In this document: piece after piece, positions 19,318 through 29,862 of the stretch
Layout of the letters: the number at the start of each line of letters is the position of its first letter
Position numbering within the stretch: position 1 is the first letter of the stretch
Source: an uncultured Actinomycetes bacterium
GTDB lineage: Bacteria; Actinomycetota; UBA4738; HRBIN12
Assembly: GCA_963776425.1 (NCBI GenBank)
Contig: CAVZMG010000002.1
Span: 729,820-793,819 of the forward strand
Length of the DNA: 64,000 nt
Direction of reading: 5' to 3'
Position numbers and translations under genes: made by a program
Notes under the pieces: model-generated
Told to the model about the DNA's origin: nothing
The model's input: only the letters and a program-made list of their open reading frames with translations
Databases searched by the model: none

Positions 19318-20805
19318 TGCCGCTCGAGCGCGAGGTGAAGCTCTCGGCGTCACCCGCGTTCCGGATGCCGCCGCTGGATGACCTGGGTGATGACGTCCTC
19401 GTCGTGCCTCGCGAGGCCGAACGGCTGGAGACGGTGTACTTCGACACGAGTGATCTCCGCTTGGCCCGTTGGGGCGTGAGCCTCCGCCATCGGGGGGGAC
19501 AGGGCTGGACGGTGAAGCTCCCCTCGGAGGGCCAGGGAGATCTCTTGGTCCGGGACGAGATCGACGGTCCCGGGGGACGAGGCCGCATGGCCCCCCGATG
19601 AGGCGCTCGACCCGATCCGGGTCTACGTGCGGACCGCGACCCTTCGGCCGATGGTGCGGTTGCGGACGATCCGCCGGATGGTGCAGCTCTTGGACTTCGA
19701 CGATCACCGCCTCGGTGACGTGGTCGACGATGAGGTCTCCGTCCTCTCCGGCCGCCGGATCGCCGCGCGCTTCCGGGAGCTCGAGGTCGAGATCACCGAT
19801 GACACGCCACCCGGAACGCTCGAGGACGTGGTGCGCCGTCTGCGCTCCGCGGGTGCGGGTCCGCCGGACCCGACGCCGAAGTACGTCCGTGCGGTGGGCT
19901 CGCTCGCGACGCTCCCACCGGAGGTGGTGGTCGAGCGGCCCCGGCCCGACGCGACGGTGGGCGACGTGGTGGGCTGGGCGCTATCCGCATCGACGCTTCA
20001 CCTGATCCGTCACGACCCCGTGATGCGGCTCGACGACGATCCGGAGGGCGTCCATCAGGCGCGGGTTGCCTCGCGCCGCCTGCGGTCCGATCTGCGGACG
20101 TTCCGGACGCAGCTCGATCCATCATGGGCGCTGCCCCTCCGCGAGGAGCTGCGATGGCTCGGTGACGTGCTCGGCGACGCGCGCGACGCCGACGTACTCC
20201 TCCAGCGGATCCAGGGGCGCATGGAGCTGATCCCCGCGACGGAGCAACCCGGTTTCGCCCAAGTCGTCGAGGCGTTGGTCCAGCGCCGGAAGGCATCCCA
20301 TGAGGTGCTCATCGAGATGCTGCGCGGCGAGCGATACATCGGCCTGGTCGACCGGCTCGTGGAAGGTGCGAACGAGCCTGCCGTCGCGCCTGGGGCGGAC
20401 GTGTCGGTCCGCACCATCGTGCCGGAGCTGCTGAAGGGTCCCTGGGAGCATCTCCGTCGAGCGGCGCAGGCACCCGGCGCGCGGCCGTCCGACACGGAGC
20501 TGCACACGATCCGGATCCGCGCGAAGCGGGTCCGATACGCGGCGGACGCGATCACCCCGCTGATGGGCAAGCCGGCGCGGCGGTTCGCCGCGGCCGCCGC
20601 CGATCTCCAGACCGTACTGGGTGAACACAACGACGCGGTGGTCGCGGGGTCCTGGCTCCGGACGTGGGCCGCGGGCCATCGGTCGGGCGATGCCGCGTTC
20701 GCCGCGGGCATGCTGGCCGGCATCGAACGCGACTCGGCACAGGACGCCCGTCGCCGTTGGAAGAAGGCCTGGAAGCGCCTGGCCACCGCGAGGGAGGCGA
20801 TGTGA
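19317..20805 (+). CDS. CYTH + CHAD domain protein (frameshift near 19570-19600)
   Basis: EREVKL, YFDTSDLRL, WTVKLP in first frame; continues ...PDEALDPIRVYVR, FRELEVE, VHQARVASRRLRS, LHTIRIRAKRVRY, LGEHND in second frame. Confidence 0.85.
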
Positions 20806-21218
20806 GCAAGGCATCCGCCCCCGAGAAAGTGGTCCGTGCAGCCGGCGGCCTGGTCGCGCGGGATGGCCCGAACGGCATCGAGCTGGTGCTGGTCCATCGT
20901 CCCGCGTACGACGACTGGTCGTTCCCGAAAGGGAAGCTGCTCGAGGGCGAGTCCGAGCGGGATGCCGCGCTCCGCGAGGTCGAAGAGGAGACCGGCGTGC
21001 GTTGCCGGATGGGCCGCGACGTCGGGTCGTTGTCCTACGTCGATGGCCGGGGTCGCCCGAAGACCGTCCACTACTGGATGATGGAGCTCGCGGATGGCGA
21101 CGTGCTGGCGGCGGCGAACGAGGTCGACGAAGCGCGATGGTTCACGGTGGTCGAGGCGAGGCGGATGCTCACGTACGAACACGATCGGCGACTGCTCGAC
21201 CGGCTGGGGCCGGGATGA
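20802..21218 (+). CDS. NUDIX hydrolase (like the N-terminal domain of MutT1)
   Basis: VRAAGG, VHRPAYDDWSFPKGK, ALREVEEETG Nudix box. Confidence 0.93.
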   Translation: MSKASAPEKVVRAAGGLVARDGPNGIELVLVHRPAYDDWSFPKGKLLEGESERDAALREVEEETGVRCRMGRDVGSLSYVDGRGRPKTVHYWMMELADGDVLAAANEVDEARWFTVVEARRMLTYEHDRRLLDRLGPG

Positions 21219-21691
21219 CCGAGACGACGGTCTTCCTGATCCGTCACGCGGAGGCGGGGGAGCGGGCCGCATGGACGCGGCCCGATCTGGAACGTCCCCT
21301 CACGCGGGTCGGCCGGCGCCAGTCGGCCGCGCTCGTGGCTCGATTCGCCAGGATCCCACTGACGCAGCTGGTTTCGAGTCCGTACGTGCGCTGCATCCAA
21401 ACGCTGGAACCGCTCGCGGAGGTCCTCGGGATCCGCGTGCAGGCGCGCGACGAACTCAGGGAAGGCGAGCCGATCGGGTACGTGGAGAAGACGGTGCTCG
21501 ATGCGGCGACCGAGGGTCCGGCCGCGATCTGCGTGCACGGCGACGGCTTGAGCGGGTTGCTCGGATCGCTCGCGGAGCGCGATGTCCCCCTCGAGGGAAG
21601 CGTCGACGACCACGCCAAAGGCTCGGTCTGGATCCTGCGCATCGCGGACGGCGTGATCGTATCCGGCCGGTACGAACCACCACTGGTCTGA
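21215..21691 (+). CDS. Histidine phosphatase (SixA/MutT1 C-terminal-like)
   Basis: LIRHAEA, RPLT, SSPYVRCIQT, ICVHG, KGSVW. Confidence 0.9.
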   Translation: MTETTVFLIRHAEAGERAAWTRPDLERPLTRVGRRQSAALVARFARIPLTQLVSSPYVRCIQTLEPLAEVLGIRVQARDELREGEPIGYVEKTVLDAATEGPAAICVHGDGLSGLLGSLAERDVPLEGSVDDHAKGSVWILRIADGVIVSGRYEPPLV

Positions 21692-21701
21692 CGCGGACTA
21701 G
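21683..21701. repeat. 19-bp imperfect palindrome CTGGTCTG-ACG-CGGACTAG at convergent junction (copy 2 of 3)
   Basis: Matches copies at 1106 and 34206; contains both stop codons. Confidence 0.7.
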
Positions 21702-22180
21702 TCGAGTTCCTTGGCCATCTGTCGCGCCATCTCTCGGTAGCCCATCGAGTCGTAGAGGCGCCGCGCCCGGTCGTTGTCGCCGAACACGTTCAGCTCGATC
21801 CGATGGTGCCCATCCGACCGGACCTGGACTTCGAGCGCCTCCATGAGTCGGCGTCCCAGCCCGCCGCCCCGGAGCTCCTCCTCGACGTACACGTCGTAGA
21901 GCCACGCCACGTTCGGGTCGGCGCCGCTCGAGCGAGGTCCGTACCAGAGGTACCCGACGCGATCGCCCGTGACGTCGTCCTCGGCGACGAGCAGGTGGTG
22001 ACCGGGTGTGCTGATCCCCGCGGTCAGCAGCTCGTCCATCTCCTTCGCTGCCCGGGAGAGTGCGGCCTCGTCGGGCATGGACCGGTTGCGCATCATGTCG
22101 TCCGCGTACTCGCGGACCGCCCACGAACGCCACGCATCGAACTCGTCCTCCCGCATCGGCCGCAGCCGGACCTCCGTCAT
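21698..22180 (-). CDS. GNAT acetyltransferase
   Basis: VGYLW, LYDVYVEEELRGGGLGRRLM, LNVFGDNDRARRLY. Confidence 0.9.
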   Translation of the reverse strand: MTEVRLRPMREDEFDAWRSWAVREYADDMMRNRSMPDEAALSRAAKEMDELLTAGISTPGHHLLVAEDDVTGDRVGYLWYGPRSSGADPNVAWLYDVYVEEELRGGGLGRRLMEALEVQVRSDGHHRIELNVFGDNDRARRLYDSMGYREMARQMAKELD

Positions 22181-23640
22181 CAGTTCTCGCCCTGGTCCCG
22201 CGTGAAGCCGAGCTCCCCGTCGAACTCCTGGAGCTTCTCGATGTGCATCCACCGATGCCGGCTGGAGATGCGCTGCAGCAACTCGTGGACGTCGTCGTCG
22301 GGCAGGTCACCCGGGTTCTCCTTGATGATGAAGCGCGCACGCCAGTGGTCGAGCGTGTCCGTGATCGCGCCGGTCGGCGGGAAGACCTTCGTGCCTCGGG
22401 ACGAGACCATCTTGAGGGAGAGCTTCGTGTCGCCGGTGAGCTCCATCAGCGACGCCCCCAGCTCCGCCGCCGACAACGGCGACTCGACGAAGACATCGAG
22501 ACCCACGACCGCGCGCGACGAGGGCTTCACGTAGTCACCCTCCGGCCCGAGGTCGGGAAGCTTGAGCGGACGATGCTCGCGGACCGTCCACGTCTCGGAG
22601 CGACGTCCGAGGTTCCCGATGATCGCGTCCGTGTACGCCGTCGTCGGTGTCCCTCGGTCGTAGCCGACCACGTCGCCGGTGAGCACACCTGACTCGAGCG
22701 TCACGCCCACCGCGTGTTCGATCGCATCCGCTTGCTCGAAGAGTTCCAGGTAGCGAAGCATCATGACGGCCGACAGGATCACGGCGGTCGGGTTGATCAC
22801 ATCCTTGCCCGCGTACTTCGGCGCCGATCCGTGCACCGCCTCGAAGATCGCGATCTCGTTGCCGATGTTCGCCGACGGCGCGAACCCGAGGCCACCGATC
22901 AGCGCCGAGGACTCGTCGCTGATGATGTCGCCGTTCATGTTGGTCGTGACCAAGACGTCGTACTGCTCCGGACGCTTGACCAATTGATGCGCGCAATTGT
23001 CGATGATCACATGCCATGACTCGATCTCCGGGTATTCGGGAGCGACCTGTTCGAACACCCGCTTCAGCGTGCCCTCGGTCAGCTTCATGATGTTCGCCTT
23101 GGTCGCGCACGCGACGCTCGTTCGCCCCTCCGAGCGGGCGTACTCGAACGCGAACCGCGCGATCTTCTCCGATCCCTTGACCGAGATCAGCTTCAGGCAC
23201 TCGGCCACCCCGGGCGTCTGCAGGTACTCGATGCCGGCGTAGAGATCCTCGACGTTCTCCCGGACGACCACGAGGTCCACGCCGCGCCCGCTGTACGGGG
23301 TCTTGACCCCCGGCATCTCGCGGACTGGGCGGACGTTCGCGTAGGTCTCGAACAGTTTGCGGAGCGTCACGTTCGCGCTCTTCTCCCCGAAGCCCACGGG
23401 TGTCTCGAGCGGCCCCTTCAGCGCCACGCGCGTCCGCGTGATCGAATCCATCGTCTCCGCGGGGACGCCGGACGGCAGTCCCTTCTTGAAGACCTCAGCC
23501 CCGGCCTCGCACTCTTCCCACGTGATCGGCGCGCCGACGGCTTCCAGGATGCGCCGGGTGGCGGTGACGCACTCGGGGCCGATCCCGTCGCCGGGGATCA
23601 GCGTGACGGTGATGGCGTCCGTCGTTCCGTTCGAGCTCAC
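22180..23640 (-). CDS. icd: NADP-dependent isocitrate dehydrogenase with C-terminal extra domain
   Basis: IPGDGIGPE, KGPLETPVG, NVTLRK, TKANIMK, NGDIISD, FEAVHGSAP, SRGTKV. Confidence 0.93.
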   Translation of the reverse strand: MSSNGTTDAITVTLIPGDGIGPECVTATRRILEAVGAPITWEECEAGAEVFKKGLPSGVPAETMDSITRTRVALKGPLETPVGFGEKSANVTLRKLFETYANVRPVREMPGVKTPYSGRGVDLVVVRENVEDLYAGIEYLQTPGVAECLKLISVKGSEKIARFAFEYARSEGRTSVACATKANIMKLTEGTLKRVFEQVAPEYPEIESWHVIIDNCAHQLVKRPEQYDVLVTTNMNGDIISDESSALIGGLGFAPSANIGNEIAIFEAVHGSAPKYAGKDVINPTAVILSAVMMLRYLELFEQADAIEHAVGVTLESGVLTGDVVGYDRGTPTTAYTDAIIGNLGRRSETWTVREHRPLKLPDLGPEGDYVKPSSRAVVGLDVFVESPLSAAELGASLMELTGDTKLSLKMVSSRGTKVFPPTGAITDTLDHWRARFIIKENPGDLPDDDVHELLQRISSRHRWMHIEKLQEFDGELGFTRDQGEN

Positions 23641-23722
23641 GATGCGGCCTCCTCGATGTCGGCAGCCATGCTACCCAGCGATATCGGTGGTCCTGACGGC
23701 ACGTTCGCTACCATGGCCCCTC

Positions 23723-25174
23723 GTGTCGAGCCGGGGAACCCTCATCGTCGTCGGTGTCATCGCGCTGCTCTGCGCCGTGATGGCGGTTGCGGCGCCGCCG
23801 ATCACGCCCGCGGAGGCGACGCCTGCCGGTGCGACCGGGATCGATCCAGCCCTGGGCATCTTCAACCTGGACCACCTGATCTTCGTGGTCCAGGAGAACC
23901 GGTCGTTCGATCACTACTTCGGGACGTTCCCCGGTGCCGACGGGATCGTCGATGCCAACGGCGTGATCCACGCTGCATCCCCGACCCGGAGGCCGGGCAC
24001 TGTCAGCGCCCGTATCACGACACGAACACGTACGACCAGGGAGGGCCGCACAACGTCAAGGCATCGCGCATCACGATCGACCACGGGAGGATGGATGGGG
24101 CGATCGAGGCGCTCGACGCGATCGGGAGCGCATGCCGTCACAACCCGAACCAGATCCCGTGCCGCAAAGCCCGGCCCGGACCGACCGGGCAGCCGGACGT
24201 CATGGGGTACCACACGGCCGCGGAGATCCCGAACTACTGGGCCTACGCGAGCAGGTACACGTTGCAGGACCGGATGTTCGCGCCGTCGGATTCCTGGACC
24301 CTCCCCTCCCACCTGTACCTCGTCTCGGCATGGTCGGCGACCTGCGCGAAACCGAGGGATGCCATGACCTGTCGGTCAGATCTGCGATGGCCGGGCAACA
24401 AGTGGGCGCCCGCGGACGGAGCGCCGCGTCCGTACGGGTGGGCCGACATCACGTGGCTCCTCACCCGCGCGGACGTGAGTTGGAGCTACTACGTCGGTGC
24501 CGGCACGCTGTGTCGTTCCGCCGTGTGCGAAGCCGACGCGGGCGAGCACGAACCCGATCCAGAACCCGCTTCCCGGGTTCCGTGACGTCGCCGCGACGGA
24601 CGGGTTCGCGAACGTTCGACCGCATGCCGACTACTTCCGGTCGGCCGCCGACGGCACGCTGCCGTCGGTGTCGTGGATCATGCCCTCGTACGACGATGCC
24701 GAGCACCCCCCCGACTCGATCGCCGACGGGCAAGAGTGGGTCACGAACGTCGTGAACGCGGCGATGCAGGGACCCGATTGGATGCACACCGCGATCTTCT
24801 TGACCTGGGACGACTGGGGCGGGTTCTACGATCACGTGAAGCCGATCCGCATCGACCAGAACGGCTATGGCATCCGCGTTCCGGGCATCGTGATCAGCCC
24901 GTGGGTGCGCAGCGGCTCCATCGATGATCAGACCCTTTCGTTCGACGCGTACCTCAAGTTGATCGAGGATCGGTTCCTGAGCGGGGCACGCCTGGATCCG
25001 CTGACCGATGGATGGCCCGATCCACGCCCGACCGTCAGGGAGAACGCCGCGCGGCTCGGGGATCTGGCGCTCGAGTTCGATTTCTCGCAGGCGCCGATCC
25101 CTCCGCTCATCCTGCAGCCGCGCCCCCCCGGGACGCCGCCGCCGGGAGCCAGCGTCTGGTGGACCAACGGGTAG
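23723..25174 (+). CDS. Secreted phospholipase C/phosphoesterase paralog 1 (frameshifts near 23972 and 24508)
   Basis: [38 protein letters not shown] spread over three frames; colinear with intact paralog downstream. Confidence 0.85.
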
Positions 25175-25184
25175 CATCCTCCGG

Positions 25185-26708
25185 GTGCGACGCCTCCCAA
25201 CGGTCCGTGTCCTCGCCATCCTGTGCCTCGGATCCGCGTCGCTCACCGCCGCATGCGTCGCGAGCTCCGCATCCGAGCCTGGCCTCGGTGCGATCGCCGC
25301 GTCGCCCCCCGGGCCGGTGACCGCGGTGGGCGACGGCCCGGTCGACCCGCTCATCGGGGTCAACAACATCACGCACGTGATCGTCGTGGTCCAAGAGAAC
25401 CGCTCGTTCGACCAGTACTTCGGGACGTTCCCGGGTGCCGACGGCCTCCCGCGAGCCGCGAACGGTCGCTTCAAGGTCTGCGTGCCCGACCCGCAGGCCG
25501 GACGGTGCTGGGAGCCCTATCACGACCGGAACCTGTTCGACGCGGGGGGACCGCACGGCGTGATCGCATCCCGGATGGACGTGGACCAGGGGAAGATGGA
25601 TGGCTTCGTCCGCTCGCTCCAAGCGATCGGGAACGGCTGCTCGCATCATCCGGCGGCCTACCCCTGCCGACATGCGAGGCGCGGGCCGGCGGGGCAGCCG
25701 GACATCCTCGGGTACCACACCGGACGAGAGATCCCGAACTACTGGGCCTACGCGAAGCACTACACGTTGCAGGACCACATGTTCGCCCCGTCGGACTCGT
25801 GGACGTTGCCGTCGCACCTGTTCCTCGTCTCTGGCTGGTCGGCCACGTGCCAGCGACTGGACGACCCCATGAGCTGTCGTTCGGATCTGCAGTTCCCCGG
25901 GGGCAACGCGGCGCCGGACGGGCACAAGATGTGGATGCCACAGAACGGCGCGCCACGTCCCTACGCGTGGGCCGATGTGACGTGGTTGCTGAACGAACAT
26001 CACGTCAGCTGGGCCTACTACGTGGGTCCGGGGACCTGCGTCGTGCCGCCATGCGCGGATCTGCATGGCGCCAAGACGGCCCCGGTCCAGAACCCACTCC
26101 CGGGCTTCCAGACGGTCGCCGTCGACCACCAGTTGCAGAACATCCAGTCGAACCGGCACTACTTCGAGTCGGCAGCCAACGGCACCTTGCCATCCGTCTC
26201 CTGGGTCATGCCCACCGAGAACCTGAGCGAGCACCCCCCCGACAACATCGCGGACGGTGAGGCGTGGGTCACGAAGGTCGTGAACGCTGCGATGCGTGGG
26301 CCCGACTGGCTGCACACCGCGATCTTCCTCACCTGGGACGACTGGGGCGGGTTCTACGATCATGTGAAGCCGGTCCGCATCGACCAGAACGGCTATGGCA
26401 TGCGCGTTCCCGGGCTCTTGATCAGCCCCTGGGCGCGAGCGGGTTTCATCGATCATCAGACGCTCTCGTTCGACGCCTACCTGAAGTTCATCGAGGATCG
26501 ATTCTTGAACGGGGATCGGATCGATCCGACGACGGATGGGTGGCCCGACGCCCGGCCGACGGTCCGCGAGAGCGTATCCCGTCTGGGGGATCTCTACGCC
26601 GAGTTCAACTTCGCGCAGGATCCGATCCCACCGTTGATCCTGCCGCCGTACCCGCCCGGGCTCCCTGGTCCGATCAACACCCCAGGTCTTCACTACTCCA
26701 ACGGGTGA
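25185..26708 (+). CDS. Secreted/lipoprotein phospholipase C/phosphoesterase paralog 2
   Basis: LTAAC lipobox-like signal; [40 protein letters not shown]. Confidence 0.92.
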   Translation: MRRLPTVRVLAILCLGSASLTAACVASSASEPGLGAIAASPPGPVTAVGDGPVDPLIGVNNITHVIVVVQENRSFDQYFGTFPGADGLPRAANGRFKVCVPDPQAGRCWEPYHDRNLFDAGGPHGVIASRMDVDQGKMDGFVRSLQAIGNGCSHHPAAYPCRHARRGPAGQPDILGYHTGREIPNYWAYAKHYTLQDHMFAPSDSWTLPSHLFLVSGWSATCQRLDDPMSCRSDLQFPGGNAAPDGHKMWMPQNGAPRPYAWADVTWLLNEHHVSWAYYVGPGTCVVPPCADLHGAKTAPVQNPLPGFQTVAVDHQLQNIQSNRHYFESAANGTLPSVSWVMPTENLSEHPPDNIADGEAWVTKVVNAAMRGPDWLHTAIFLTWDDWGGFYDHVKPVRIDQNGYGMRVPGLLISPWARAGFIDHQTLSFDAYLKFIEDRFLNGDRIDPTTDGWPDARPTVRESVSRLGDLYAEFNFAQDPIPPLILPPYPPGLPGPINTPGLHYSNG

Positions 26709-26785
26709 GGCGACGTTGCGGGGGTCGAACAGAGGTGTCTTATGAGGGTCGTCTTTGGGGTCTTGTAGGATGGCGAGCCGATCAG

Positions 26786-26860
26786 TGGCGGATGGTGTAA
26801 TCGGTAGCACGCGACACTCTGGATGTCGTAGTCAAGGTTCGAGTCCTTGTCCGCCAGCCA
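26786..26860 (+). tRNA. tRNA-Gln (CTG)
   Basis: TGGCGGATGGTGTAATCGGTAGCACG-CGACA CT CTG GA TGTCG-TAGTCAAGGTTCGAGTCCTTGTCCGCCAGCCA; U1-A72 pair; TAGGAT -10 upstream. Confidence 0.96.
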
Positions 26861-26936
26861 GCCCAACTTGACACCAGGCGCCGAGACCGCAGTTCCGACG
26901 CGTTCCCTGAAGGACCGATCCGGTTCGACGACCTGA

Positions 26937-27851
26937 TCAGTGCGTGTGAAGTTTCGTCGTGCTCGCGGATCCGGTCATCGGTGTGAGATCGCTGATATCC
27001 GTCACCTGCGAGTCGGGCGGCGCTTCGATCGCGAAATGAGTGCCAACCTCGGAGAACGTGACCGTCAGCGAGAACTTCAACGCCGAGGACGGATCGTCCG
27101 ACATCCCCGACGTGTCGATCGCGAGCTGCAACTGCTTGACGTAGCCGTCCCCGTCGACCCACACGTCGAGCGGCAACTTGTCCATCCCCACGCGTTCCAG
27201 CTCGGCCTGGGCCCGCGCCAAGTCCTGAGGCGTCAGCTTGGCAGCCGCCGCGGGTGCCAGCTGCGCGAGCTTCGGGAGCACCTTGACCAGGTCAAGCGTC
27301 GCCCGGTACTCGGTGGCGTCGACGCCGCCGACCGGGTCGGGCCCCACCACCTGGACATCGATCGCGCCTTCGAGGAGCGATAGTGCGGCAGCTGGGTCCG
27401 CCATCCCCGCCGCAGCGCCGATCCCTCCATCCGCGCCAGCGAGTTCGCCCGGGTCCACCTTGACCCACGGGGTGGTGGCGCCGAGGAACGGTGTGAGCAT
27501 CGGTGCCTTGGCGTAGAGGATCGGTCCCTTGGCTACGATCAGCTCGACCTCGCCCGCGGGCATCCCCGGCGCGAGGGAAGGGATCTGGAGCGTCACGTGC
27601 TCACGGACAGACGCGAGGTCACCGGCGTCCATCTCGTACTCCGCATCGCCCGTCACGTGCAGGTCCCTCTGTGGAGAGGAGACCGCGACGTCCAATGCCA
27701 TCCGGGCCGAGCCGGCCGCGGTGGTCTTGGCGAACGCGTCGAGCACGGTCTGGGTCGCGTCCCCGGACCCTCCGCTCTGGGCAGCCGGCTCGTTCGCGCA
27801 TGCCGTGAAGACCAACGCACCGAGGGCGAGCGACACGAGGAGTTTCTTCAT
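26937..27851 (-). CDS. Lipoprotein, LppX/LprAFG (LolA-like) family
   Basis: MKK...VFTAC lipobox; PWVKVD, DVWVDGDGYV, IEAPP. Confidence 0.78.
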   Translation of the reverse strand: MKKLLVSLALGALVFTACANEPAAQSGGSGDATQTVLDAFAKTTAAGSARMALDVAVSSPQRDLHVTGDAEYEMDAGDLASVREHVTLQIPSLAPGMPAGEVELIVAKGPILYAKAPMLTPFLGATTPWVKVDPGELAGADGGIGAAAGMADPAAALSLLEGAIDVQVVGPDPVGGVDATEYRATLDLVKVLPKLAQLAPAAAAKLTPQDLARAQAELERVGMDKLPLDVWVDGDGYVKQLQLAIDTSGMSDDPSSALKFSLTVTFSEVGTHFAIEAPPDSQVTDISDLTPMTGSASTTKLHTH

Positions 27852-27965
27852 CCATCAATCATCGTACAGACGGGCGGATCTCTTGAGTCGAGGTCGGTTT
27901 GACCCTTTGCGGCGCGGGGGATTACGGTGGGCCATCACCCGATGAACCGCGGAGGGAGCGATCCG

Positions 27966-28265
27966 ATGAACAAGGGTGGCTTGGTCGCAGAGGTCTCGAA
28001 GCGAACCGGTCTCAGCAAGGCAGATGCCGGCCGCGTGGTCGACGCAGCGATCGACACGATCCGCGAGACCGTGGTGAAAGGGGAGCGGGTGACGCTTGCC
28101 GACTTCGGGACGTTCGAGCGGAAGCATCGCAACGAGCGCGTGGCGCGCAACCCAAGGAAGCCGGACGTGCCGATCACCGTTCCCGCGCGCGACCTGCCCG
28201 CGTTCACGCCGGGCAAGGAGTTCCGCGAGCACGTGCTCGCGAAAGGGCGGCGGAAGAAGAGCTAG
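27966..28265 (+). CDS. hup: HU family DNA-binding protein
   Basis: MNKGGLV, ERVTLADFGTFE, ARNPR, PAFTPGKEF. Confidence 0.92.
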   Translation: MNKGGLVAEVSKRTGLSKADAGRVVDAAIDTIRETVVKGERVTLADFGTFERKHRNERVARNPRKPDVPITVPARDLPAFTPGKEFREHVLAKGRRKKS

Positions 28266-28471
28266 TCGATGGTCACGAGGCGGAGCGAGCGCGCCACCTT
28301 CTGACCGCCTTCCTCCGCAAGGTCGAACTTCACCCGCTGCCCGAAGCGCAAGGTCCGCAGGCCGGCCCCTTCGAGCGACATCGCGTCGATCGCGACCTCG
28401 GTGCGATCCTCCATCAGGAGCGACCCGCTCCGGCTGGCTCCGTCGAACTCCTTGATGGTCCCCTGCGCCAC
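28262..28471 (-). CDS. Small cold-shock-like OB-fold protein
   Basis: QGTIKEFD...SGSLL...LRFGQRVKF; GGAGG RBS. Confidence 0.78.
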   Translation of the reverse strand: MAQGTIKEFDGASRSGSLLMEDRTEVAIDAMSLEGAGLRTLRFGQRVKFDLAEEGGQKVARSLRLVTID

Positions 28472-28490
28472 GGCCCTGCCTCCTCGTCGT

Positions 28491-29135
28491 TCAGGTACGC
28501 GAACCGATCCTCGCCGCCAGATCCATGTCCAGGCAGACCTCGGCGGTCCGGCCGCGCCGGCGCGCGTCGAGGACCGTGAGGATATCGCCCGGGAGGTCCA
28601 GGTCGAACGCCAGCTCAGGCGTCTCAACCACGGCGGTCGGCAGGTCGGCGCTCGCGGCCGCCTCCAGATGCTTGCGGTAGGAATCGGCGCCGAAGCGCGA
28701 CCGGATCGCGGTGGGGGGTCGCCGGACCAACAGGTTCGTGCCGCTGTCGTCCGTCGCGGGAGCCAGGACCACCGGCCCGAGGGTCCGCAGTGCGGCGTGA
28801 AGCGACTCCGCCGTCACGAGCGGCGTATCGGGGAGGAGGATCGCGAGGACGCTCACGTCTCTTGCGAGCGCCTCGGCCTCGACCTGCCGGAGGGCATTCG
28901 CGAGGGCGGGCTTGTCCTCACGGATCGCCAGCGCGTTCCGGCCGAGGGCGATCTCGAGCACGGTTTCGTCGGGCGAGACGACCCAGGTCTCCCAGCCTCC
29001 GATCGACTGGGTCACGTCCATCACGTCCTCGAGCATCGCCAGGGTGAGGGCCCCACGTTCGAGTGGGGAGAGCACCGGGGCGAGACGGGACTTGCTCTCG
29101 GCCAGCGACTTCACGGGCAGGGCGATCGCGCGCAC
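28491..29135 (-). CDS. cofC: F420 biosynthesis guanylyltransferase CofC/FbiD
   Basis: PVKSLAESKSRL, AMLEDV, PDTP, GTN, FGADSY, DLDLPGD. Confidence 0.9.
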   Translation of the reverse strand: MRAIALPVKSLAESKSRLAPVLSPLERGALTLAMLEDVMDVTQSIGGWETWVVSPDETVLEIALGRNALAIREDKPALANALRQVEAEALARDVSVLAILLPDTPLVTAESLHAALRTLGPVVLAPATDDSGTNLLVRRPPTAIRSRFGADSYRKHLEAAASADLPTAVVETPELAFDLDLPGDILTVLDARRRGRTAEVCLDMDLAARIGSRT

Positions 29136-29204
29136 GGGGCCGCAAGCCTAATCGACGTCGCGCGGTAACCTCATCCGTCACCCGCTCGTCAGGGAGGAGG
29201 CCCG

Positions 29205-29861
29205 GTGTCGACCATCGCATCCACGCTCGCACCACCCCGGTCGCGCGCGGCGGCGCATGTCTCCTACCAGGTGGTCTGCGCGGTCGTGGGAAGCATCCTG
29301 ATCGCCGGGCTCGCCCAGGTCTCGATCCATCTGCCGTTCACCCCGGTCCCGGTCACCGGCCAGACCCTCGGCGTGCTGCTCGTCGGCGCCGCGTACGGCC
29401 CCGGGTTGGGCGTGGCGACGCTCGGTCTGTACCTGCTGTGGGGTTTCGTCGGGTTGCCGGTGTTCGCACCGAACGCTGCGGGCTCGCATGACACCGGGCT
29501 GCAGGTGTTGCGAACCGCCTCGCTCACCGGCGGCTACCTCTGGGGGTTCGTCCTCTCGGCGGCGCTCGTGGGGTCCCTCTCGCGGAGCGGCTGGGATCGT
29601 TCGCTCAGGAGCTCGATCGGGGCGATGTTGTTGGGATCGATCGTGATCTACGCCGTCGGCGTGCCGTGGCTGTATCACGCGCTTCCGACGACGATCGACG
29701 GGCAGCCGGTCACGCTGGAGACCGCGCTCGCCTTCGGGCTGTATCCGTTCATCATCGGGGACACGTTGAAGCTGCTCCTGGCGGCCGGGTTGTTGCCGCT
29801 CGCGTGGCGGATCCTCGACCGAGCGCGGCCGTACGACGAGGGTCGGCCCTCGCCTCACTAG
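29205..29861 (+). CDS. bioY: Biotin transporter BioY
   Basis: PVPVTGQT, YLLWGFVGLPVFA, TGGYLWGF, PFIIGD. Confidence 0.92.
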   Translation: MSTIASTLAPPRSRAAAHVSYQVVCAVVGSILIAGLAQVSIHLPFTPVPVTGQTLGVLLVGAAYGPGLGVATLGLYLLWGFVGLPVFAPNAAGSHDTGLQVLRTASLTGGYLWGFVLSAALVGSLSRSGWDRSLRSSIGAMLLGSIVIYAVGVPWLYHALPTTIDGQPVTLETALAFGLYPFIIGDTLKLLLAAGLLPLAWRILDRARPYDEGRPSPH

Positions 29862-29862
29862 G

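Noticed and set aside
16233-26860. Genomic island bounded by the two tRNAs
   Set aside because: Contents are housekeeping genes (ppk, icd); no att duplication or integrase found
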